From Candidatus Cloacimonadota bacterium (GTDB taxonomy: Bacteria; Cloacimonadota; Cloacimonadia; G963667145), in NCBI GenBank assembly GCA_963676615.1, contig OY781092.1, positions 1,496,545 to 1,560,544 on the forward strand: a stretch of DNA of 64,000 nucleotides, given 5' to 3'. The notes under the pieces are model-generated. The model was not told the origin of the DNA. It searched no databases and saw only the letters and a program-made list of their open reading frames with translations. Each line of letters opens with the position of its first letter. Positions within the stretch are counted from its first letter, which is position 1. This document shows, one piece after another, positions 57,801 through 58,289 of this stretch. A program made the position numbers and the translations under genes.

Positions 57801-57973
57801 GCGGGCTTATCGGAAGTGCAACCGTAGGAACGATTGAAAAAAATGTGGTGATAGATTGCACTATCAAAGCGAAAACAGGCACAACCAACTGCGACAAAAT
57901 CGCAGGGGTTGTTGGGGCTGCCACTCTCTCCGAGAACTATTTTAATTCGACAGAGCTCGAGATTACGCCATAA
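24845..57973 (+). CDS. Giant (11,042 aa) lipoprotein: about 80 fibronectin type III-like repeats plus C-terminal GLUG-motif modules
   Basis: Single 33.1-kb open frame with an AAGGAG RBS and a lipoprotein signal ending FVG-C27 (alternative start ATG 24872). Recurrent FN3 pattern P..V.ASKG...D.I.(V/L)TW...Y.IYR...D......G..Y.Y.V.A...S....GW to about aa 8400, then GGLVG/GLUG repeats with F.G.FDG.G..I motifs. Confidence 0.92.
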   Translation: MGAYSRQRKMKKILLALFLFISIFVGCTMNPEKDISSPNASASRGLYDDKIVVQWEGVSGVSQYEVCRSAVNSNNFYDDYDAIGTVTGTRYEDASPNLIPGKLYYYKVRSISGDTKSLPRRTPAIGQLKVPDLENVEVSKGTFDNQIGVTWTVPRKIIRGASEGLLGYALINYSDNEKNVTTNSVRIPFSELKGSEGQSFEDQIIRGKVYYFKTQIVVIDGEETGSEGTAIDSGWTTVSSPAMVYATKGEFSNKIQITWDEVFGIQGYEILYSDDDGASYEHLVDISTVMAEFDEQEYVWDGPIKGKEYRFRVICVDRNGEATGPNSGEDTKNKEGVYNNLGYTQYAQPIINEVTKDSVDYVRIKVTTEKPEAGERLVVQLYRRALGSEVVEKLQDATAMVTTTAGNGTATLEDNTFTGNIPGRKYYYSVTVYKDDGGKVVGESKRSVDQDGWSAIEPPFNISATRGKDSVVVRWTKVQYAKSYIVLRQDFNTKEWTELPPIETNPNVDEMSLVEDKYDIESGVKYIYKVRSKNDVESADSKFDSGWIKILPPTQFRSVGVYLNYVQLEWELVNHARRYMLYRKVKDDPGAFVAIDTVSGETGSYQDTGLAEATEFLYQIQTESEIPSLLAGQEYEMSDRALIESSAKTLLPAPVLDSASHNLKDEIVLYWRTKPGQLYNVYYEDETGGWVDVATGISDSTVTLQPGIIDLTFGRVYNFVLTTTKGDAWGESDRSNKVESYMRLDSAFNLEAGKDNETKITLTWEVIPNSGAEYYQVYKTTTEDSLNFTPLAAVKKGTQIRYTYNDESKSLNSKYKYLYKIKSFRSDYARVEPEDLRFSNVDTGWVTIQPPYFDRASLAIDNDTIKIYFKENSSGTYRIYYRESRDGEDLFFKQIETEDATNLGNSNYSYTIATYKGASVTGGIDCDSGQVLYFAMSSYGLGRESKKTEFKPGFTIIPTPEFNPGATKGEANKIEVKWNPLKIADNTIRYQVFRINTQNDEELYTVENNNGIFLDQGEDLREGFKYTYRVRAINTTAEIAVQTAYPEESLESTQSNFSDTTTGYSKLMPVLDLRATGPEGTAINEKVDVTWDPKGDRVSYVIARSLQSPIKWDTIFSGSSATGEFEDLTAEGNKIYYYKVAVSTEDYPKIVAVCDSVVGYVRPLPPANVEASKAKYADKIEVTWKKPLLVTAYQICRYNELGDSTIMSRDTAEVITRNDSVFFGDSQVEKGYSYTYKVKAISGDMGETDYSDISDDYKRKKATGYTKMPTVENIVATKGEYEDSIVITWDDIPVANNYLVQRSRVGATSSSDTIQKSTTNNRWVALKGEGLVDGQKYEYRVAAQKGTNLSHNWQADFDEGWLMLAGPTNVKASKGLPDSIIVTWDTLRTVTDVQEYQVWKKAKANAGEQDQELASGLSPQTKSWVFHASEDEKGASIGFYIKAVSAEFGTSANSEVAKGYTELEPVTEFKASPCAPDSVLGNSIILTWSTSKTSDSTIIEKMVGNQWQLLKTFDATVLDYKDLGLTEGREYRYRAQAKKRHEDGNELYSDYVYADATISIPLISFDTITKSKYLSDVELTWKGLQSGKELRFEIFVFQNEADYSTNSNVYDTLKVEENSKSYYRFKHNTVSASPGKFMSGTKYYYKIRTQTTPGGIWSELTQPEDGKPSYGWAKTPAPSMSLVSKDSIAAIYLEWNPNSAAKKFEIERYFKYPDKEAVKTYLVNENSFKDVQNLFTGHEYGYKLRAINENCENDTSAWTVELVGMARLLPPIGVTASDGTLEDTILVTWDTPKNASNPSYGATIYKVYRSQIKDPEKMSLLGDTILTNWDSNSSKTITFVDELTTKELGKMYYYGLKSQVGAEVSEMSIIDSGWAKIPAPIFTKITARDGGFKLEDDSIRVQWQDPSVLSLGSITYEIEYRIGEATAVSMSGIAEGSTEKALYIAPDERFNKIYVRIRSDRETFGKSMWSQWVETYTNMPKPVIRDVIVSLTTVGRSVRVNYICPNDWVDSVYFYREKAGEPDAAYLVKVIPNAGANVPAEFYDEKGLTMYQKYAYRVKFYKGLTGFSEASDTICVTTPVLPPDNLDATEGEYEDMVLLTWDGVSGNTVEKLSYNVYVDSTLTGSFPNWKNNNAKTAKRISLPGSPAQIPEFEVQYGVKYPTNIGVSGGEWFSLERGRNYAFAVSTNPNFNNFDEVNVSDVSEIAIGYARISTPEMISASKGEYSDKIVIKWKASNAYKHNELVDYQIYRTNLTTGVVDSSLVMKASDLNISNDTVTIEQEAQVYDLSPKVKYSYTVKALMGVDGNRTVAHASLMSPVPYSGWLAMPAPEEFRASDGISTDSIYLQWSNDDKFITQLYASYDLATLWSNQISTTQDSHYTVQILKKEDQGRYRHFGAKFYDPAFGSSKPSSTCQDSGFALFDGVQITSVSKGEYLDTIKIVWPETPNAAYYDVQYLEKGTSNWSTEINVPVQEYKIKSFNGTNRGKAFYVRVRATNDIVRFLADEGYGPTDSGFTQLDTVFGFSATKGEIPDTIALAWSEITNATSYKIYRSTAIDGEFIQKNATSDLKYEDHELSLNYGEVYFYKVLAVNELTETLPEAYQNYSRVDSGWIDIPQPQNVTATKGTYKNRIKLTWDVLQRVEGYIVDTAQENDVDEYGVLDTIRPASQGELNAYVDELPGGKFKRGVRYFFKVRAFYENVASSLIYANQDNGYIPLNIPTNVKASKGTSDSTIFVSFLASDGLLGIDNYVIQRRSKLSGDTTEVSLSSNTFGYSTNEDTIKIEDRNSLQPSKGYVYDYRVRSRIGSITSDWSAWSDYGWLNLRPLEIRVANEEDSLMTDSIKVAWDTEASQFKAVNRLDIYYDTVALSADGDWKDKLVVDDMDELDKGYIMITTQNNANFLPATMYCFRAKSCRFEDAIEISSAFSALDSGWYKLRAPKITYASIGESADTITIRWERQADLPHGSAAEMEYVISRGSTKEFKRLVNVDFYNDTLEIEPGVSHIYTVTAVHPRYLSSVASAPKRGYAKLLPPILTEVKADNQASQMKIEWVYPLEDLDEIDSFYLYRKTAYDDPENTPVYSTNAVAGTETYTWVDDDCTLGQEYFYYLRAFKAGMIISDTSNVMSDVLKLIVPSITSASRGEYTNKIDIAWTGTKDAKEYVIYRSQTPSFDVIDTVDTVAALPTSYLDDNNGVGLADGEIYYYKVASKRDKNISEKSGYYGGYTKLITPEITELSQNTEKIKLKWSKEGGNANSSGEVFVGEDLEVLSPEDSTTLQQDSTTDLISAFASGALWFVKGKEYYAKVRASITKTNIVMISGGSQESFEIVSDFSGTKKFFSKLENPVLTVHSGKLDTLLIEWNRMDGDVVSNIDVEWTEKDNPAPDTLRTTFINDGTDSTGRIKVAYTGADKLLPAVVYNFRIKFKRGLVTSDWSETEEGWTKLPAPENLVVSKGDYEDSLRFRWENYRGNTDTLQDSTYKYQIQFYDGSNFVNLEGGAITDKADFYDVTLSMKNILTRGVMTQFRIKGDVDPASSVLAQSNNLSQDSGFTRLMTPISSGTLSKGLEGKIEIEWETNLVDNATIQAYKNLGVEYQIERRKSGDEFMDYILASVDSLTKITYDDKAGLDPRDIYYYRMRFFSQVYYDRYSDVKKATSPWVVIDDSGSVKMNPPKLKVNEEGEFFTDKVELKIERALGSDSAYLYRDLNNDKNFEIIDTIKYGSSVAQGGYLFYKDEKDIESGNCYTYYAVALSGSRKSSDGQKLQTFTRLEAPENVRASEGEFDNKIVVKWDTVSRAEGYKIRFYEVLTDKLVDSAEVNNQDSVKILKAVLLKNIKVGQVYRFSVAAWNNISVYQGKKIYSESNSAEGFLKFTLPEYVTLSQDSVGFIKLQIGYPEPGFDLFIYRSANKATKAGELEKWSDYTKISVNLTYNDAEKEYVCRDILSTTGGVEGVQYAYMVQAYKSGMLNAISDTFKTYIENETGEKTGWSKAGVYRGAITATQGIYQDSIVVVWDDSEDKEFVDSVQYEWVEYNRETGKAQDSSITADTTVTRRSQSLLPESKVKNGYKYQYKLRKKFYDADDNLYTTSEISTINAVGWATMEKPTIRLTKNAAGDLVVEQQKNNNKFQVYKSVNGAESVLAATIEQGGQYVDSVVYDKHNIGKAVEYKIKTINTYTGLESAFSDAVDTFYMIYSPKYAAASQGEFTDRVEVEWQWGSARPALVDSFVVTRYDLANGDTKRFAFAGVDGARLEYRGSLPMGTDTCLFADKDVKQGVSYQYSIKSMRVNPGIDTRISPDSATATGYAKFAAPTNLSATENQKEVLITWDSIRNQGTVENFVIFYNTTEEGTYSQLQSLGTNVAPEDTFFTDTEIPQGTVRWYKVAAFNEISQEGAFAGPVRGYALMEPISGVKCWRGESTDTIKVTWSTLPVYESYYVEWSLSKETNADGRFTNRLDKRGSFTNSNYKADSVIIPIVPDSLRGRKIYVQLWAQNEYGGSEPVLDSGYARLRPPANFSVSKGTELDSIEFTYAKRIGSNAESYNIYASTNKQESQQPTAAAIKIEGYNGIDTTIEVDPNTEGYYYYASVQAVSDLENASSDFAVDSGYSQIPVVSDFGIEALSSGDIELSWIPVDIGAETDSVKYNVYRSRNNGTFYLIADNYYSEPAQGKIRFVDNTCEPGDLFEYYVVSEASQRPTEFRVISDTSEHKKTSAQIGFVSGFEQDTSYFSSALVNLKWKQRGDIDSYYIYRSSFADTAKATEIKVEIANGNFYYSDASSAVSDSSGMLWHYWIRARKNGNFGNWTPVDDQQGLLAYTRPAKTSIVEASQGVSSDTIRVVWNKVDFVSNYVLQYRVENSTEWSDIESIADTFYTLMRNRENLQDGVRYDFRVYSVIEKDAQSPKGSDNGYYGREMTSEPSDIEKGFVKFEKIKNFIFQSADDSIKSDTIQLTWEKLAATEIVYTLYRNTIENEAGAQEIGKVKDVGSYLDIRNPGGTVPEGGKEYYYWITAGKNTLAGSTSDKQAVSVMNGASPVEGSYAWCLLEEAENVWASGKMKATGGDNDASVTYSDSIVIKWDSVPNATTYALQEKRNEGNWTNITGAGNVADTQFVWSRTTDAQKGIIYQFRVAAQNNLCGTNNPVYSEPVNGFAKLSTPREVEAYQKENENGIFLRWQPIDNAQKYVVYQTEDLAKGFNKLLEVLDDGTDTKIDTVDLEPLPGTRRWYVVRAFNSATGGSDTSEIVDTVCPILPPENLNATKGESESEVVLTWKLNDRTAGVSGFYVYRTKPGMAGGAAFSQVDSIGVVTNFTQTAGVATFRDKLGDEVKNGADTTRSGVKYLYAVKTFKNDEISEFTPTAEQDTGWIALPQISGLSVPVVKADDNFVLKWNKGKDVKKDINYVYKRIRYKAGNLDTVYQYEENYSVISDTTATDAQGLENGMGYQYFVKAFNSEYVDESNPEIWESSDNRGLVSEEWSEGVFTGRKFAKPVMQVERNKDSLKVDSIYIAWELNKNATNFIFEIDTVATFNSPSKDERTQDDPNGDFESFYYTLQGGLLKTQVYYFRMKMENQEFNNDIWDSLTSVWSEPDSGWSKLVPPLNVAASDDLVDSILVTWDKWNWKDSVEYQVDYISGIGMPGFEKTYGSSLQYRSPYTEGANIITVTAKHAKFGNSAPSEAVQGVGKLPSPEFTPGKEPTKGDYLDSIYFEMDETSGGLSEVDIRYRIFVSQDSTSDEISSASPDAGNYIESTSEKIALKLDDGFYANQYGKKLYIRIAWAIGTDSELFSQKSKLDSGWTKLKAPTALSVRELGAPDDTTSIGIRWNPSVNADSTVIYRRRYESGDDFAPIDTIDSETTEFIDYLPMDDRTKTYEYKVQAVNSLPNTQSALSKGVASYVPSIYELENFVATKGKKVDTISFSWSGNLDSIYTIQVFDENPENNSTPEPVVVLNGLKESDANNWDVTEDNCQSGRWYYFKLYLNGDENKPESLRFYVVDSGYAGMGEIDRAWVEVTNDTSEIDLNIMGSNVGDSAFSRFDVTNAMAYDWISKAYLSRQNNQTGVYTRIDTLDAENLIYTDRFTTGFGKIYDYRLEFINQIEPGRTVDYKTFTTLRKPSNVAWQASTLAKDEIEVRVTNPTGVNGTIDSIVLYRSAPSNAGEIDTLIYAYTAGLNTNALVDTKILQRGLFYFYTAAFYSKTTGLSRVSDQEARAYAKLTSPQFISVSDGINKDTIFLKWNKIENAVNGYTLYRDTSEAGDWATREVVATLDNNTDTTFDDETDYEQCKKIYYRVVANGYDTTSVFDECETGIGSRAFRGVTDFAGVGIPKVDTMSFTFSLPQGVALDGTTSYPYFKKGVKLMRYTKFDSINSISNDFAVKEDSISVVQSGNTYTVTDKSKPKLKELYYYRVILRVSGSSGETDLSNYALGYLKPPVVENVTATAGTKVDTVLIKWDKLPKESVIEDTVTSYILVRNDKNGVEIDRVTLGGSDSTFKDYNGNSFAEPFEPGKDYTYYVLANVEFTRGGTAYSINSEKSEVADGWAEMQPLSAEEIEVTKGNIDDIDKEFAPQVGTDTTLTIKLTAIKAYQKYIIVYRKVDDSSNNFQRIDSIAGENIVDFTDTIVKAGQILRYRFRIGNDHLSSNYADTLAYTNLRPVTKLEKVSTTKDYVQIKVFAASSTKNAKVDSVMLLRSDETGVVLDTAIHEGFTGDFALIKDSAGNQGQKYTYQAALFNNSTGYSPFGTSDVSLGKDISAPTILNVYEGAREDTIKITWSMVDGAVKGYRVYRDSTGGTGLNDGDYDSLYQTPASPAFEFATDTFYSDKTEYPAGKKIYYKIVAIGKDKMSARSAAGFGYLKYGGIKDLKAFEWPKKGKIDTMSLSWSISNNITYDSIFMARLSEVNYVDSVDTLNKHLIPQSQMKKNIGEGEYEKIGDYDLYTYNSTSDDLLIGQLYFYRAKVRVSGSWSDFSNVAIGYLEMPKVNNVRATRGVGDSIVVTWDSVPHAKEDSVDYYTVYRYTSDGSAPGEARVSGNTKRFVDYTGDESPFNQTEKGREYNYAVIAFMQIDQDTLAGATTSNFEKSLKGPESDKYMGYSIPDSAYFVEISKGTTEDSIVITYHSPAYVDEVSLYRKGSEETSWSADAYASLDIGMAVEEGVAVDKNIEYGKKYDYKILVKKGDNSVWSKVDSGWSRLRRPDSVKILVNGRYSNEIKLQIFTSNQDINVDSIIVYKEAVSSGQIDTTVWAKPSIVQGSYVLGDTVDIQQGLFYQYSVAFKNEIGTSLTRKEKTGKAFAKLDIPEWNSISRNEYVDKIELNWSMNKDAYRGYRVWVDTVSGTNGTNPENYEIRYENSQTNDCSQDTTFSDDRVYVPGKMIYYKIQAMGYDTVSEMSDFDFGTCKYEGVKNLSFDGPKVDSLRFTWSVPTTIANPSFVFYKFDSVETVDSLNDKYKADIMPYGANGSYYFVETPAQEDLLIGNLYFYRCIVTVSGVESNPSNVAFGYLDMPEVEGLSATKGGVYAEGNTLTPYKDSIVLTWSRMNHVVNDSVSYYQITRFAGDKETGLSMQLDNGKDTSFVDKVGAMKFGEKTERGQLYRYVIQAYYDISEDTSSAATAPPFETKLVSPAIDTVLGYTYPDSVNLVSASKGTYEDTIRVSYTSGKHADSIVMQRKGSNGIWTRIGTLDEMESRTNPRTFVDKSVALRAGENYDYKATVYVQGLKRESNIVSGYTRLGSPKNLEFVRTSQYSYVAGKEDTSGINIRWNKEPDGDGYIVYFDTVNPVRLAEADSVTITSDADTTYFWTPSEFKNSQDSILQYYIVAKTYMNDASGGKQYSELSNVAEGAVVSKSVRGLSAAYNPAVGVEQIQVQWDSLPKGYETSEVQRYDVYQAMNSKVNSAFSLVTSQNSRVAKKVGVDTSLTPAGNVFYYKVMVRYNNAKDSSVYSAMSEPVYPPLGDLGLEVSKDSAQMFVYFNEIANVNEYRIYKAVDTLPELRNPVATLTDISGIVTDGRAKWTDAAAEEGKIYYYAIEVRKTFPVDEVDFTISTTTGFDLNSAKYGYIKSEITVVDFNFCAGGIEISWPSSEANFPIGLNPRNYTLSRREKGASSSASVDISSKIVRTQIGATQDSLCTVQDTTGLYGTPLTDGKAYEYVLKSEIKSKIEGNSMYIKSPKMTMSYFYDWNRDSVSTNRNYVGSPGTYEDRLELKFSKFLPSRPSQDYDTIGITPDTVSYYKITRYPQSGDIEEGSEANITVSQLGEEEDVETGEVVYVFSDDATSSVFGNPVSGESYSYAVQAVLDYTKGTEFESAILNNADSSASYIKIAAMTLIKAEEYKENDRIEGAKIVWEATTGADAYVISRDTSSSFNSPEVATVSGGALLQGDTMFIDYNLPKVNNTGNNSPLGKLKMGYTYYYSVQKQMGDPAAPVTSDRSNYKSYTHGIKNGEYIVSNWVDFNDLAEQYNDGEITGSITVKLLNDLTFSSNTDSLLPLGNQAYPFQGTFDGQGHTINIEAIEDNHANVGVFGKIKDASVSNLIVNYNVGIAGAADYAGGLVGQIEGISKINNVKMNIAADFTADIAVGGMIGGGDGAINASGDTVSINGTMSAGVYAGGFAGKVVGTTEIDSCQVTANSVSVTGGSESFVAVGGMFGQFHGRIENSAVEVATQIAAGVNSKKCYAGGLVGYEEQTGSVYKTSTVGVISSGVSAGNASSTRAAAGYFIGYSRAALIDEINITAVLPVAAVASGEACAGGLVGKFENIAGSIDAVSLTLAGDISANSASGDAYAGMVVGKAEKISQNSIGKDGVTSVFSGGSKNLKATANNGNAYLGGVVGSISATSFKGLKVEDVNFLTEGAQKAYVGGIAGKEEQAGSAYDSVVVAVTVTFGESLNNADTLVVGALAGSSKMASLARTHILANIELNTGFSGKSVIAGGLCGEIDNIAFAIPNTDLTLNSFAIKAGAKSKIGAIAGKANVSNFLTDENTLADINFTEMEVGEGSYVGGLYGDLSLVGGATPFDYKAPVEITLTANGYNSQRSYVGGLIGRFESTLSKSLADTSNAGVNLTLSGDGITAGGLVGLSQDATLTGCRVKAALSGSEDDVTLGGIIGEMSGNSYLRKSSAREGVTLVDAQKAGSLVGKMNVSTLAGIKNSFSYNIAANNIDTLGLLVGEMTSGKIEASYSLNCKAVNATVVGDFVGVMNGGTIANSYAAKANQENVCGKYVAGDTAGAVTAENQIFLSDIILSKAEWALDSTFSYPYLVENKYEVSTLYNDLKMNKNAQNQYEITKPIQLDAIGDVRLKGGDYTKLGDLSEGLRLNNNYIIKNNLDFSGYTGYTPVGYDATNPFVGDLDGNFKNVRNIEITGTQNTGIFGYSTGNVSKLRVVGATVDAVDKSAVVCGEMAGGSFDRIELDSSTININTGSGAGVVGLISGGTLSNVLTRFNKIEALSNVGVISGKMTGGRVLKAVSVVDSAGSSVGNAGGVASQASGNATIDSCFMVTKVLSGKEVYKVAEKGSSTTFRGNYSVAETKMVENGNDRWYMGIDPTSDQGGNVFFSMFKEFFDSDSHGFNAPDWQCDDYARVYPFLLDFEGAEMQQLPVDALESPAKIENRVMTINSLEGLAFIEGSLSEVDTIKLAANLEFTEDDDFSLGEGNFDPITKFEGIEFNGQGHYIKGMKINANKVNMGFVQVMENSTIKNLGLIECEVIGGSSTQSLGGLAGKTGLGTNTIVDVYVGSGRFVATNAQNVGALLGQLGAGGDVSWIIALNNTVKAKTNAGGLIGYATEGSVSNSVVAADTLSATNTSRVVNSAGATLSDNYGWNGNEKGNDPGLANENGATFTFSELLRKEFYSSKLDFIGRTAWSWDDADIQNWRCMPNLSQMTAADCEPAVVRFTKGTQGTESIPYGIESLNQLELLQAFPKGLFFELKENLNFQTADYDVDDDEDNGNWLPITQFESNGDCFDGHLDGNGYSIKGMKVHDQNNPVAGTYGVGLFGQCDPGVDIQNLSLYDFEVSAKYSSYARCAALVGKISTLSSSEKSVFKNILVKNSTIRSTGSAAAIVCYVATNIEIDASLLFAIQNSVSSSSGNRASGIAFTVNISSTKPYSISSSIAINDSVASQSGVAKRISANQYVTFSNNYAFRRTYVDGTQLPTEGTSTDQNGKPTSLLALNKSFYPTKLGITYDENFRWPDVADQKKVYHPVGKNVPNTIDSGYLNLANFEIDSDPNTFSDGTGISGDPYIVRTETDLNNMRYGVEMDYQLGNNIEITSTLTEPIGTAALPFQGNFDGNGYAIDGFSYDVQENGVSGLFGVIKSEVGSSIRNLALTNFTMSASGKNNIGILAGVDSTEEAVANTYSNILIYNGKVTGATSGVGGLFGDAPSAIIENVIVAGEGYYSSNYAGGIVGKDAKSIKNSVVIVDTIRATASNAGRITGEKLNICENVYSWYFTEAWEGGTLYDPRNPNTGIYGDNAFVTDFVDTTWWEDLGFKFSGDNSMWKLEHIDDQQVVPALKHMTDDTLTVPGLKLGIIAAGQKVITKPSHLNILHVGISDSFLYYPNESIDLRDWEDDWRLDLNGDDAGNWNPIATFKGNINSYGCGIIGLDVQKTVEGKQGFIAKLEGNVGKIGIYKSTFTTTEPNVTQGAIAAVVNYTDDFIRNLWSVGNTFSGGTTVGGVIGEAENTRTGSADRLRWLSAKNTIKDGTTIGGVVGKTNTNLYGLACMGNTIEPTSTPTINAIRGEGSTNVSLSDAGFTTIGGATLPEGGLDTDPNGQVFPVDDLDQTVWQDFFDMSNASSFTNQVADGRHYPTLKNVSLEIDNGKLEYFSGGSGAQGDPYLIATPADLKAIGKEQFVRKSYYFEQTQDIDMSGEEDFWPIGLSTTTNPDNPGNLSVGFVGSYNGNMYQIYGLHNCVDSKSGLANIGLFAKGGGSFKIENIVLDSATFVGTSSNVGTIMGYALPATIKNCRVTKSSVTGTNNVGGVVGLGEGTNGRLEQCLVIGTTINLNANGNTNAAGGLIGSATVGTIEKNVVIDCTIKAKTGTTNCDKIAGVVGAATLSENYFNSTELEITP
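43142..47980 (+). repeat. Three tandem copies of a ~538-aa five-FN3 super-repeat inside the giant gene
   Basis: Equivalent Leu codons at 43142, 44759, 46373 and 47981 (periods 1617, 1614 and 1608 bp). Shared motifs KKIYY.(V/I).A.G.D, (K/P)K(V/I)D(T/S)(M/L), LY(F/Y)YR...VSG....SN.A.GYL..P.V and V..Y...R. Confidence 0.8.
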
Positions 57974-57994
57974 AAATTTCTAGGCTAAGTAAGC

Positions 57995-58025
57995 AGGGAG
58001 CAGCGAAAGTTGCTCCCTTTTTTTT
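57995..58025 (+). terminator. Rho-independent terminator after the giant gene
   Basis: AGGGAGCAGC-GAAA-GTTGCTCCCT followed by T7. Confidence 0.9.
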
Positions 58026-58289
58026 GTGCAAAAATTGTGCAAAAGTCGTTTATTTTTGTGTTTTTGCCAAACCTAACTGTCTATTTTTGAGTAAAAAAAG
58101 ATTTGTGGGCAATTTTTGGGAAAATTTGTTGACAAAGTTCGTTGCCTTCATCACTTTACTGCAGATAGGGTTATATTGGGATGTTTGTAGATATGTTTAG
58201 CGCTCTATTTTATAACTGTTTGATTTTGAGTAATTTGCCTGCATCCAGCAGGCAGCAATATAAAATTTTTTTGAAGTTTAGGAGACACT

